A DNA stretch of 64,000 nt, taken from Alphaproteobacteria bacterium. GTDB taxonomy: Bacteria > Pseudomonadota > Alphaproteobacteria > MPNO01. Below are positions 1-9,194 of this stretch, piece by piece. Made by a program: the position numbers and the translations under genes. A model generated the notes under the pieces. It did no database searches and had not been told where the DNA came from. It saw only the letters and a program-made list of their open reading frames with translations. The stretch covers positions 2,848,001-2,912,000 of the forward strand of contig OZ219866.1 of NCBI GenBank assembly GCA_964291675.2, in the 5' to 3' direction. Position 1 is the stretch's first letter, and the number at the start of each line of letters is the position of its first letter.

Positions 1-2
1 GG

Positions 3-185
3 AAGTGCCAGCACGGGCTGGAGAGCAACGCCATCGAATGGGTGAGCTTCCACCGCAACGCGGGCCAGGACAGCGAGGAGGGCGGCATCATGTACTCCGC
101 CCCGTCCTCGATGAGCGAGCTTCCGATGCGCTCGATGATGCAGGCCTGGAAGGGTTACATGACCGCCAACGGCGCGGGGGCGTAG
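3..185 (+). CDS. Rieske ring-hydroxylating oxygenase alpha subunit, C-terminal fragment (truncated by window start)
   Basis: Frame 3 reads KCQHGLESNAIEWVSFHR...SELPMRSMMQAWKGYMT* (stop 183-185). This resembles an alpha-subunit C-terminus, and it lies 4 bp upstream of a beta subunit. Not in the ORF track. Confidence 0.8.
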   Translation, partial: KCQHGLESNAIEWVSFHRNAGQDSEEGGIMYSAPSSMSELPMRSMMQAWKGYMTANGAGA

Positions 186-189
186 GGCG

Positions 190-726
190 ATGGGTGCGGC
201 GGCGCAAAAGCTGGCGGCGGGCGACCGGTTCTCGGCCGCCAAGGTGAGCATCGAGACCCAGCTCGCGGTCGAGCGCTTCCTCTACCGCCAGGCCGAGATC
301 CTCGACGAGAAGCGGTGGGACGACTGGCTCGACCTGTTCGCCGAGGACGGCCATTACTGGATGCCGGTCGCCGAGGACCAGGAGGACGGCGAGGGGGTTC
401 CCAACATCTTCTGGGAAAACCTCAACATGATGAAGATGCGGATTCGCCGGAACAACCATCCCCAGGCGCACAGCCAGGCGCCGGAGAACCGGCTGTGCCA
501 CGTGGTCTCGAACGTCATCGTCGAATCCGAGGACCCCAACGGCGACGTCGTGGTGCGGTCCCGCTTCCACTGCGCGGAATACTTGCGCTACGACATCCGC
601 AACTTCACCGGCCGCTACCGCCATTTCCTCAGGAAGACGGCGGACGGCTACCGGATCGCCCTCCAGCGGGTGGACCTGGTCAACCGGGAAGGGCCCTACG
701 AATACGTCATCCAGTGGTGGCTGTGA
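190..726 (+). CDS. aromatic-ring-hydroxylating dioxygenase beta subunit
   Basis: RFLYRQAEILDEKRWDDWLDLF...YWMP, H-V-V-S-N-V and G-R-Y-R-H motifs; NTF2-like small subunit. Confidence 0.93.
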   Translation: MGAAAQKLAAGDRFSAAKVSIETQLAVERFLYRQAEILDEKRWDDWLDLFAEDGHYWMPVAEDQEDGEGVPNIFWENLNMMKMRIRRNNHPQAHSQAPENRLCHVVSNVIVESEDPNGDVVVRSRFHCAEYLRYDIRNFTGRYRHFLRKTADGYRIALQRVDLVNREGPYEYVIQWWL

Positions 727-742
727 GGGGCCGAAGCGCCGG

Positions 743-2425
743 ATGAGCGTCGCCGAGGCGGGGTCCGAAGCGCCGGGCGATTTCATCCGCGGCATCGTCC
801 GGGACGACATCGCCGGCGGACGCAGCGCCGAGATCGTCACCCGTTTTCCGCCCGAGCCCAACGGCTACCTCCATATCGGCCACGCCAAGTCGATCGTGCT
901 GAATTTCGGCGTCGCCCGAGAGTTCGGCGGGCGCTGCCATCTCCGCTTCGACGACACCAACCCGGTCAGGGAAGAAGAGGCGTTCATCGAGTCGATCAAG
1001 ACCGATGTCCGCTGGCTCGGCTATGACTGGGGGGCCCATCTCCACTTCGCCTCCGACCATTTCGAGCGGCTCTACGAATGGGCCGAGCACCTGGTGCGCG
1101 CGGGGCGGGCCTATGTCGACGATTCGAGCGCCGACGACATCCGCGAGATGCGGGGCACGCTGACCGAGCCGGGCATCGAAAGCCCCTGGCGCGACCGTCC
1201 GGCGGCGGAAAACCTCGATCTCCTGCGGCGCATGCGGGAGGGCGAGTTCGACGAGGGCGCCCGCGTGCTGCGCGCCCGGATCGACATGACGTCGGGCAAC
1301 GTCAACCTGCGCGACCCGGTGCTCTACCGCATCCTGAAGACGCCCCATCCCCGTACCGGCGGGGGCTGGTGCATCTACCCCACCTACGACTTCGCGCACG
1401 GCCAGTCCGACGCGATCGAGGGGGTGACGCACTCGCTCTGCACGCTCGAATTCGCCGACCACCGTCCGCTCTACGACTGGCTGATCGACAACCTGCCGGT
1501 GCCGGCGCGGCCCCGCCAGTACGAGTTCGCCAGGCTCAACCTGGCCTATACCGTGCTGTCCAAGCGGCGCCTGATCCGCCTCGTCGAGGAGGGGCATGTG
1601 GCGGGCTGGGACGACCCCCGGATGCCGACGCTGGCGGGGCTCAGGCGGCGCGGCGTGCCGCCCGAGGCGATCCGTGATTTCGCCCAGCGCATCGGCGTCG
1701 CGCGGGCCGACAATCTGGTCGACCCGGCGCTGCTCGACCATTGCATCCGCGACGCGCTCAACCGGACGGCGGAGCGCCGGCTCGCCGTGCTGCGCCCGCT
1801 CAAGGTCGTGATCGAGAACTGGCCCGAGGGCCGGACCGACATGCTGCCGGCGCCCAACAGCCCGAACGATCCCGACGCCGGGCAGCGCGAGATCCCGTTC
1901 GGCCGCGAGATCTGGGTCGAGCGCGACGACTTCATGGCGGACCCGCCGCGCAAGTTCCACCGCCTGGCGGCGGGGCGCGAGGTCCGGCTGCGCTACGCCT
2001 GGCTGGTCACCTGCACAGGCGTCGAGACGGGCGCGGACGGCGAGCCCGCCCTGCTGCGCTGCACCTACGATCCGGCGACAAGGGGCGGCGATGCGCCCGA
2101 CGGCCGCAAGGTGCGCGGCACCGTCCACTGGGTCTCGGCCAGCCACGGCATGCCGGCCGAAATCCGGCTCTACGACCGGCTATTCTCGGTGCCCGAGCCG
2201 GGTGCGTCGGGAGATTTCACCCGCGACCTCAACCCCGACTCGCTGGTCGTGCTGAAGGGCTGCATGCTCGAGCCCTCGCTGGCCGGGGCGGGCGATGCGC
2301 CGGTGCAGTTCGAGCGCCAGGGCTATTTCCGCCCCGATCCCGACTCGCGCCCCGGGCGGCCGGTGTTCAACCGGGTGGTGGCGCTGCGCGATTCGTGGGC
2401 GAAGATCCAGGCGAGGGGAGGCTGA
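743..2425 (+). CDS. glnS: glutamine--tRNA ligase
   Basis: TRFPPEPNGYLHIGHAKS (HIGH motif), LRFDDTNP, YPTYDFAHGQSDAIEG, LSKRRL, GWDDPRMPTL, QFERQGYF. Confidence 0.97.
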   Translation: MSVAEAGSEAPGDFIRGIVRDDIAGGRSAEIVTRFPPEPNGYLHIGHAKSIVLNFGVAREFGGRCHLRFDDTNPVREEEAFIESIKTDVRWLGYDWGAHLHFASDHFERLYEWAEHLVRAGRAYVDDSSADDIREMRGTLTEPGIESPWRDRPAAENLDLLRRMREGEFDEGARVLRARIDMTSGNVNLRDPVLYRILKTPHPRTGGGWCIYPTYDFAHGQSDAIEGVTHSLCTLEFADHRPLYDWLIDNLPVPARPRQYEFARLNLAYTVLSKRRLIRLVEEGHVAGWDDPRMPTLAGLRRRGVPPEAIRDFAQRIGVARADNLVDPALLDHCIRDALNRTAERRLAVLRPLKVVIENWPEGRTDMLPAPNSPNDPDAGQREIPFGREIWVERDDFMADPPRKFHRLAAGREVRLRYAWLVTCTGVETGADGEPALLRCTYDPATRGGDAPDGRKVRGTVHWVSASHGMPAEIRLYDRLFSVPEPGASGDFTRDLNPDSLVVLKGCMLEPSLAGAGDAPVQFERQGYFRPDPDSRPGRPVFNRVVALRDSWAKIQARGG

Positions 2426-2427
2426 CG

Positions 2428-3180
2428 GTGAGGACGCCCGATTTCTTCCACGGCAAGACCGTGCTGATCACGGGCGCCGCGAGCGGCATCGGACGGGCGG
2501 CGGCGGCGATCTTCGCGCGCGAGGGCGCCAATGTGGTCGCCGCCGATATCGACGGCGCCGGCGCCGACGCGGTGGCGGCCGGGAAGAGCGCAATCGCGAT
2601 TCCCTGCGACGTGACCGACCGCGCCGCCGTGGACGCGGCGGTGGCCGCCGGGATCGCAGCCTTCGGCGGCATCGACTTCCTGTTCAACAGCGCCGGCGCG
2701 GCGGGCCGCCGGGCGCAATTTCTCGACATCGACGCCGCGCTCTGGCGCGCGGCTTTCGCGCTCAACGTCGACGGTACTTTCCATGCCATGCAGGCGGTCA
2801 TCCCGCACATGCTGGAGCGCGGCTCGGGCGTGATCGTCAACATGGGAAGCATGGCGCATCGCCGCGGCGGGCCGGGGCATTCGGTGCACTACGCCTCGGC
2901 CAAGGGCGCGGTGGTGACGATGACCATGGGGGTTGCCCGCGAGTTCGCCGACCGGGGCATCCGCGCGCTCTCGATCTCGCCGGGACCGGTCGACACCCCC
3001 TTCCAGGCCGCCGCCCGGACCTCGCCCGAGCTCGCGCGGCGGATGCTGGAGGACGTGCCGATGAAGCGCTTCGGCACGCCCGAGGAGATCGGCGAGCTGG
3101 TGCTCTTCCTGTGCTCGGATTCCTGCGGCTTCATGACGGCGGACACGGTCTATGTGAACGGCGGCGGCGGCTGGCGGTAG
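2428..3180 (+). CDS. SDR family NAD(P)-dependent oxidoreductase
   Basis: GTG start 2 bp after the glnS stop; TGAASGIG, NSAG, YASAK, PG motifs. Confidence 0.93.
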   Translation: MRTPDFFHGKTVLITGAASGIGRAAAAIFAREGANVVAADIDGAGADAVAAGKSAIAIPCDVTDRAAVDAAVAAGIAAFGGIDFLFNSAGAAGRRAQFLDIDAALWRAAFALNVDGTFHAMQAVIPHMLERGSGVIVNMGSMAHRRGGPGHSVHYASAKGAVVTMTMGVAREFADRGIRALSISPGPVDTPFQAAARTSPELARRMLEDVPMKRFGTPEEIGELVLFLCSDSCGFMTADTVYVNGGGGWR

Positions 3181-3283
3181 GCGCCGCGCCCCGGGTGGAG
3201 CCGATACCGGCCTTCCTCTAACATCGCGGAGGGTCCGGACCGGGACATGCCGGTCGACACCAGACGTCAATGTGGAGGAAACG

Positions 3284-4306
3284 GTGACAGAGCAAACGAA
3301 GAACGCGCTTTCGCGTCGCAAATTCGTCAAGACCAGCGCAGCCGCGGCGATCGGCGCGAGCGGCGCCATCGCCGGGTTCCCGGCGATCGCCAAGCCGAAG
3401 CACAAGCTGCGCTACATCACGATCATCAATCGCAAGACGGTCTGGGGGAAGTGCTACGACTTCCTTGCCGCCGAGGTCGACCGGATGTCGGGCGGGGAGC
3501 TCAAGATCGAATATGCCGGCGGCTCCGAGGTGATCAGCGGCTTCGACGCGCCGGAGGCGGTCGCCAAGGGCGTGTTCGACATGAGCCATTCGGCCAACGC
3601 CTATTTCGCCGGCGCCATGCCGTCGTCGATCTCGCTGGCCAGCGGCACCGCCTCGATCGAGCGGCTGCGCGAGACCGGCGTGCTCGACGCCTATGCCGAC
3701 GTGCTGATGCAGAAGCGCGGCGTGATGCTGCTCGGCATCCCGATGAGCGGCGTGGGCTATGTGTTCCAGGTCACGTTCAAGCCGACCGACCTCTCTACCT
3801 TCAAGGGGCGCAAGATCCGCTCGATCCCGCTCTACGACCCGATCCTCGAAGCCCTCGGCTCGGTGCCGGTCACCGTCGCCCCGGCCGAGGCCTATACCTC
3901 GATGGAACGCGGCGTCGTTGACGGGCTCGGCTGGCCCGATCTCGGCCTGCTCGACTTCAAGTTTTACGAGCACGCCAAGTACATCGTCTCGCCGACCTTC
4001 TACACGCTGCGCACCACCCACCTCCTGAACCCCAACAGCTTCAAGAAGCTGCCCAAGGAGCTGCAGGACATCCTGATGAAGGCGTCGCGCTCGGCCGACA
4101 AGATCGGCGCGGATTGGTGCAGGAAGACCCGCGACGAAGAGCACGCGGTGATGAAGAAGCACGGGCTCGAGATCGTCGAGCTGCCGCCGGCCGATGCCAA
4201 GCGCTTCGTCGACCTCACCGAAGAGAAGCTGTGGGCCAAGATCCTCAAGCAATCGCCGGAGAACGGCGCCAGGCTGAAAGCGGCGTTCGACAAGGCGGCG
4301 GGGTAG
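3284..4306 (+). CDS. dctP: TRAP transporter substrate-binding protein (Tat signal)
   Basis: GGAGG RBS before GTG at 3284; SRRKFVK Tat motif; KGRKIR and YTSMERGVVDG. Confidence 0.93.
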   Translation: MTEQTKNALSRRKFVKTSAAAAIGASGAIAGFPAIAKPKHKLRYITIINRKTVWGKCYDFLAAEVDRMSGGELKIEYAGGSEVISGFDAPEAVAKGVFDMSHSANAYFAGAMPSSISLASGTASIERLRETGVLDAYADVLMQKRGVMLLGIPMSGVGYVFQVTFKPTDLSTFKGRKIRSIPLYDPILEALGSVPVTVAPAEAYTSMERGVVDGLGWPDLGLLDFKFYEHAKYIVSPTFYTLRTTHLLNPNSFKKLPKELQDILMKASRSADKIGADWCRKTRDEEHAVMKKHGLEIVELPPADAKRFVDLTEEKLWAKILKQSPENGARLKAAFDKAAG

Positions 4307-4314
4307 GGGAGCCG

Positions 4315-4510
4315 CCCTTCGATACGCGCCCTCCGGGCGCTACTCGGGATGAGGGCGTGATCTTGGGGTCAACCGCAAGACACCCCATCCTGGGCAGGCG
4401 CGTCCTTCGATACGCCGCCCTCGGGGCGGCTACTCAGGATGAGGGTGGGGTGGTGGGTCGCAAACCGACACACCTCATCCCGAGTAGGCGCGAAGCGCCG
4501 TATCGAGGGA
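4315..4510. repeat. REP cluster (GTAG-type palindromic repeats): units at 4315-4356, 4403-4445 and inverted 4473-4510, plus a partial unit at about 4383-4402
   Basis: Consensus CCTTCGATACG-[hairpin]-CTACTC(A/G)GGATGAGG, found repeatedly in the window. Confidence 0.9.
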
Positions 4511-4520
4511 CGGGCCGGGA

Positions 4521-5072
4521 GTGCAGAAGGTGAGGGGTTTCGCAAGGCTGGTCGAGCGGCCGGCCCGCTGGCTCGCCTGGCTGTCCGCCCTGCTCATCCT
4601 CGCGATGAGCTTCTGGATCACCTATGACGTGGTCACGCGGAACCTGTTCGACTGGGCCTCGCCCTGGGCGTTCGACCTGTCGGAGTATTCGCTGGTCTGG
4701 ATGACTTTCCTCGCCGCGCCGTGGATCCTGCTGCGCGACGGCCATGTGCGGGTCGAGATCCTGATCGATGCGCTGGGACCCCGGCCGCAGCGCGCCATCG
4801 GCATCGCCGTTTCCGTCATCGGGCTCGCGGTCTGCGCCATTCTCGCCTGGCGCACCGGGATCGGCGCCGTCGAGTACGCCGAGAACGACGTGCGCATGGG
4901 GCGGATCTGGAACATCCCGCGCATCTACCCCTATGTCGCGGTGCCGTTCGGCAGCGCGGCGCTGACGCTGGCCTTCCTGGCGCGGCTGCTGACCTATCTC
5001 GGCGAGCGCGACCCGGAGGCGGCGCTGCGGGCGGCCGGCGGCCGGGACGACACGCCGCTCGTCGGGACCTGA
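4521..5072 (+). CDS. dctQ: TRAP transporter small permease
   Basis: Four hydrophobic segments; YDVVTR and DGHVRVEIL motifs. Confidence 0.92.
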   Translation: MQKVRGFARLVERPARWLAWLSALLILAMSFWITYDVVTRNLFDWASPWAFDLSEYSLVWMTFLAAPWILLRDGHVRVEILIDALGPRPQRAIGIAVSVIGLAVCAILAWRTGIGAVEYAENDVRMGRIWNIPRIYPYVAVPFGSAALTLAFLARLLTYLGERDPEAALRAAGGRDDTPLVGT

Positions 5073-5083
5073 GGGCGCGCGCG

Positions 5084-6397
5084 ATGGAGCTCGACTGGTC
5101 GCTCCTGCTGCTGCTGTTCTTCGTGCTGCTCGCCGTCGTGCTGGCCAGCGGCATGCCGGTCGCGTTCGGCTTTCTCACGCTCAACATCCTCGGCCTCTAC
5201 TTCTTCATGGGCGGCGAGGTCGCGCTGTCGCTGCTGGCGACCAGCGCGTTCTCCTCGGTCGGCCAGTTCGCGCTGATCCCGATCCCGCTGTTCATCCTGA
5301 TGGGCGAATTGCTGATGCGCACCGGGCTCGCCAACATGACGGTCGACGCCGCCGATGTCTGGATCGGGCGCCTGCCCGGCCGCCTCGCAGTGTCCGCGGT
5401 CGGCGGCGGCACGCTGTTCGGCGCGCTCAGCGGCGCCAGCATGGCATCCGTCGCCATGCTGGGCTCGACCCTGGTGCCCGAGATGGCCAAGCGCGAGTAC
5501 CGCTCGGAGTTCTCGGTCGGCTCGATCCTTGCCGGCGGCGGGCTCGCGGTGCTGATCCCGCCGAGCGCGCTCGGCGTGCTGCTGGGCGCGCTCGCCAAGG
5601 TGTCGATCGCCAAGCTGCTGCTCGCCGGGCTGTTGCCGGGGCTGGTGCTGGCCGCGCTCTACTTCGCCTACTTCACCCTGCGGGCGAAGCTCCAGCCGCA
5701 TCTCGCCCCGCCTTATGTCGCGCCGCCGATGACGCTGGCGCAGAAGCTCGCGAGCCTGGTCCGCGTGGCGCCGCTGTTCAGCCTGATCGTGGTCGTGACC
5801 GGCTTCATCTTCATGGGCATCGCAACCCCGTCCGAGGCCGCCGCCATGGGCGTGGTCGCGACGCTCGCCATCGCCGCCTGCTATCGCCGCCTGACCTGGG
5901 AGGCGGTCAAGGCCGCGCTGATGTCGACCACCACGACGACCTCGATGATGCTGCTGGTGATCGTCGGGTCGGCCGGGTTCTCGCAGATCCTCGCCGCCAC
6001 CGGCACGACGTCCTCGCTGGTCGACGCGGTGGCCGAGCTCGATCTCTCGCCGATGGCGATGGTCGTGATCATGCAGCTCATGGTGCTGGTGCTCGGCTGC
6101 TTCATCGACACGATCTCGATCATGATGGTCTCGATCCCGGTTTTCATGCCGCTGGTGCTGGCGCTCGGGCTCGATCCGATCTGGTTCTCGATCCTGATCC
6201 TGGTGCAGCTCGAGCTGGCCGGGATCACGCCGCCCTTCGGCGTGCTGCTGTTCGTGATGAAGGGGGTTCAGCCGCGCCTCGGCATGGCCGAGATCTACCG
6301 CGCGGCGGTTCCCATCGTCGGCATCCAGCTGGTGCTGATCGCCCTCTTGATGATCTTCCCCGGGATCGTCACCATCCTGCCGGCGGCCATGCGCTGA
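5084..6397 (+). CDS. dctM: TRAP transporter large permease
   Basis: GMPVAF, IPLFILMGE, LIPPS, ATPSEAAA, ITPPFG; ATG at 5084 (MELDW). Confidence 0.95.
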   Translation: MELDWSLLLLLFFVLLAVVLASGMPVAFGFLTLNILGLYFFMGGEVALSLLATSAFSSVGQFALIPIPLFILMGELLMRTGLANMTVDAADVWIGRLPGRLAVSAVGGGTLFGALSGASMASVAMLGSTLVPEMAKREYRSEFSVGSILAGGGLAVLIPPSALGVLLGALAKVSIAKLLLAGLLPGLVLAALYFAYFTLRAKLQPHLAPPYVAPPMTLAQKLASLVRVAPLFSLIVVVTGFIFMGIATPSEAAAMGVVATLAIAACYRRLTWEAVKAALMSTTTTTSMMLLVIVGSAGFSQILAATGTTSSLVDAVAELDLSPMAMVVIMQLMVLVLGCFIDTISIMMVSIPVFMPLVLALGLDPIWFSILILVQLELAGITPPFGVLLFVMKGVQPRLGMAEIYRAAVPIVGIQLVLIALLMIFPGIVTILPAAMR

Positions 6398-6422
6398 ACC
6401 CTGTCCCCATGGGAGGAAATCC

Positions 6423-7544
6423 ATGACACAGCCCCGCATCATCGACGCCGACGGCCATGTCTTCGAGGACGCCGCGGCGATGGGCAAGCGCATGCCCAAG
6501 ATCTACCGCGACTGGAAATACGCGCACGGGATCTTCGCCGGCCAGCCCTGGTTCCCGCCGCTCGGCCATCTCCACACGCCGACCGGCACCAACCCGCCGG
6601 GCGCCTTCGGCGACGGCAAGCATGTCGGCGTCGAGGAATGGATGCGCTTCATGGACGCGACCGGGATCGAGAGCGCGGTGCTGTTCCCGACCAACGGGCT
6701 GACCATGGGCCACATCGCCAATTCCGACTACGCCATCGCGGTCGCCCGCGCCTATAACGACTGGCTCGCCGAGACCTATATCGAGCGCTCCGGCGCGTTC
6801 CGGGGGATGGGGCTGATCGCGATGCAGGAGCCCGACGCTGCGGTCGAGGAGCTGGCGCGCTGCATCACCGGGCTCGGCATGACCGGCGCCATGCTGTCGG
6901 GCACCGGAATCAAGGGCAATCTCGGCTCCAAGGAATACTGGCCGATCTATGCCGAGGCCGAGCGTCTGGGCTGCCCGCTCGCGGTGCATGCCGGCAATCA
7001 CATCAATTTCGGCATGGACCAGATGAACGTCTTCGCCCCGGCACATGCCATCGGCCACCCGCTGGCGATGATGATCGGGCTCGGCGGTCTGGTGTTCAAC
7101 GGCGTGTTCGACCGATTCCCGGGCCTCAGGGTGGGTTTCCTCGAAGGCGGCGTCGCCTGGCTGCTGTTCTGCATCGAGCGCTTCGAGTCCTCGCACGACA
7201 ACTTCCTGCCGCTCGACTGGCGGGGCGAGCTGCTGAAGCTCGCGGAAGGCCAGTCGGTGAGCGGCTATTTGCTCGGGCTGATCGAAGGGGGCCGCATCTT
7301 CGTCGGCGCCGAGGGCGACGAGTACACCCTCGCCGCGGCGATCGGGAAGGTGGGCAACGCGCCCTTCATGTTCTCGTCCGACTTCCCGCACGAGGTGAAC
7401 ACCGAGAAGTGCCTGCACCATTTGGAGGAGATCTTCGAGCACCCCGAGCTGAGCGACGAGGACCGCGAGGCGGTCCTGTTCCGCAACGCCGAGCGGTTCT
7501 ACGCGGTCGGCGCCGGCGGCGCGGCGCGCGAGGCGGCGGAGTAG
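6423..7544 (+). CDS. amidohydrolase_2 family protein (ACMSD/LigW-like decarboxylase or hydratase)
   Basis: IIDADGHVFE, RAYNDWLAE, GVFDRFPGLRVGFLEGG, FSSDFPHE. Confidence 0.9.
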   Translation: MTQPRIIDADGHVFEDAAAMGKRMPKIYRDWKYAHGIFAGQPWFPPLGHLHTPTGTNPPGAFGDGKHVGVEEWMRFMDATGIESAVLFPTNGLTMGHIANSDYAIAVARAYNDWLAETYIERSGAFRGMGLIAMQEPDAAVEELARCITGLGMTGAMLSGTGIKGNLGSKEYWPIYAEAERLGCPLAVHAGNHINFGMDQMNVFAPAHAIGHPLAMMIGLGGLVFNGVFDRFPGLRVGFLEGGVAWLLFCIERFESSHDNFLPLDWRGELLKLAEGQSVSGYLLGLIEGGRIFVGAEGDEYTLAAAIGKVGNAPFMFSSDFPHEVNTEKCLHHLEEIFEHPELSDEDREAVLFRNAERFYAVGAGGAAREAAE

Positions 7545-7560
7545 GGAGGCCGGAGGAAGC

Positions 7561-8331
7561 ATGGCCGAGGACCGATTCGACGTAGGCGGCAAGATCGTCG
7601 TCGTCACCGGCGCGGGGCAGGGGCTCGGCCGCGAGTACGCGCTCGCCTTCGCCGAGGCGGGCGCCATTCCCGTGCTCGCCGAGATCGACGGCGACAATCT
7701 CGCCAATGTGGAGGCCGAGATCCGCGGCCGGGGCGGCGACTGCCTCGCCGTGGAGACCGATGTCGGGTCGCCGGACTCCGTCGAGTCGATGGTGGCAAAG
7801 ACGCTGCAAGCCCATGGGCGGGTCGACGTGCTGGTCAACAACGCCGCGATCTTCGCCACCATCCCGCGCCGCAGCTTCGACGAGATTCCCTATGACGAGT
7901 GGAACCGGGTGATCCACGTCAACGTCACCGGCTCCTGGCTCTGCGCCGCCGCCGTGGCGCCGGCGATGCGCGCGGCCGGGCAGGGGCGGATCGTCAACAT
8001 CTCTTCCGGCACCGTCCCCCAGGGCGTGCCCGGGTTCATGCACTATGTCTCGTCCAAGGCGGCGATCGTCGGCATGACCCGGGCGATGGCGCGCGAGCTC
8101 GGCGACGACAACATCAACGTGAACGCCATCATGCCGGGCTATACCGAGACCGAGATCGAGCACGCCAGCATGGACGAGTCCGGGCGCGGCCATATCCAGC
8201 AGATCCGCATCCTCAAGCGCCCCGAGACGCCGGACGACCTGATCGGGCTGGTGCTGTTCCTCGCCTCGCCCGGCAGCGCCTTCATCACCGGCCAGTGCAT
8301 CGCCTGCTGCGGCGGCGAGGTGATGCTGTAG
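7561..8331 (+). CDS. SDR family oxidoreductase
   Basis: TGAGQGLG, NNAA, YVSSK. Confidence 0.93.
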   Translation: MAEDRFDVGGKIVVVTGAGQGLGREYALAFAEAGAIPVLAEIDGDNLANVEAEIRGRGGDCLAVETDVGSPDSVESMVAKTLQAHGRVDVLVNNAAIFATIPRRSFDEIPYDEWNRVIHVNVTGSWLCAAAVAPAMRAAGQGRIVNISSGTVPQGVPGFMHYVSSKAAIVGMTRAMARELGDDNINVNAIMPGYTETEIEHASMDESGRGHIQQIRILKRPETPDDLIGLVLFLASPGSAFITGQCIACCGGEVML

Positions 8332-8356
8332 TCCCGGGCTTCGCCGGGGAGAGGCG

Positions 8357-8929
8357 ATGGTCAAGCTCGACAGGATCTATACCGGCGGCGGCGACGGCGG
8401 CGAGACCTCGCTGTCGGACGGCACGCGGGCGCCCAAGCACGCCGCGCGCATCGCCGCCATCGGCGACATCGACGAGGCCAACGCGGCGATCGGGCTGGCG
8501 CGGCTCCATGCCGGGGACGGCGAGGCGGATGCGATCCTCGCCCGCATCCAGAACGACATGTTCGACCTCGGCGCCGACATATCCACGCCTGGCGACGGGT
8601 CCGCCGACGACGGCAAGACGCTGCGCATCGCCGCCGCCCAGGTCGCCAGGCTGGAGCGCGAGATCGACGCCGTCTCGGCCGATCTCGGGCCGCTCAGATC
8701 CTTCGTGCTGCGCGGCGGGACGAACGCGGCGGCCCATCTCCATCTCGCCTGCACGGTGGCGCGCCGGGCGGAGCGCGCGGCCTGGGCGGTGGCGGCCGCG
8801 GAGCCCGTGAACCCCGACGCGCTCACCTTCCTCAACCGGCTCTCCGACCTCCTCTTCGTGCTGGCGCGCGAGGCCAATGCCGGCGGCACGGCCGACGTGC
8901 TGTGGCAGCCGGGGCTCAACCGGGACTGA
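8357..8929 (+). CDS. PduO-type cob(I)alamin adenosyltransferase
   Basis: RIYTGGGDGGET, GDIDEANAAIG, IQNDMFDLGAD, TVARRAER, LNRLSDLLFVLAR. Confidence 0.95.
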   Translation: MVKLDRIYTGGGDGGETSLSDGTRAPKHAARIAAIGDIDEANAAIGLARLHAGDGEADAILARIQNDMFDLGADISTPGDGSADDGKTLRIAAAQVARLEREIDAVSADLGPLRSFVLRGGTNAAAHLHLACTVARRAERAAWAVAAAEPVNPDALTFLNRLSDLLFVLAREANAGGTADVLWQPGLNRD

Positions 8930-8989
8930 CCCGGATGTCTCGCCGACGGCCGTCGGCAAGGCCGCAGCCGCCGACCATCACCCCTTTTG

Positions 8990-9190
8990 CCACCCCGGCC
9001 GGAGCGCGGTGGAGAGCCGGGGCCCAGGGCCGCGGGCACCGCCCTCGCCCGGCCTTCCCCGGATCGGGGTCCTGGGCGACAAAGGGGGGCGGAGATGTCG
9101 TCGCACATGGGGGCGGAGCCCGGCCTGACAATCCGAGCCGGACAGCAGCGGGACACCCCCCGGATTCGTTCCGGGGGCCGGGCATGACGG
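8990..9190. repeat. degenerate palindromic repeat tract (CGTC-type REP-like) between convergent genes
   Basis: ccccggccggagcgcggtggagagccgggg and cccccggattcgttccggggg...catgacgg hairpins resemble the elements at 28741 and 56871. Confidence 0.55.
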
Positions 9191-9194
9191 CCTG

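Noticed and set aside
4315-4510. Possible CRISPR array
   Set aside because: Units occur in both orientations, vary internally, recur at dispersed intergenic sites, and no cas genes are present. These are REPs.
8357-8929. Direct functional link of the adenosyltransferase to RdhA
   Set aside because: It lies about 9 kb away on the opposite strand, and reductive dehalogenases do not use adenosylcobalamin. It is kept only as evidence of B12 metabolism.
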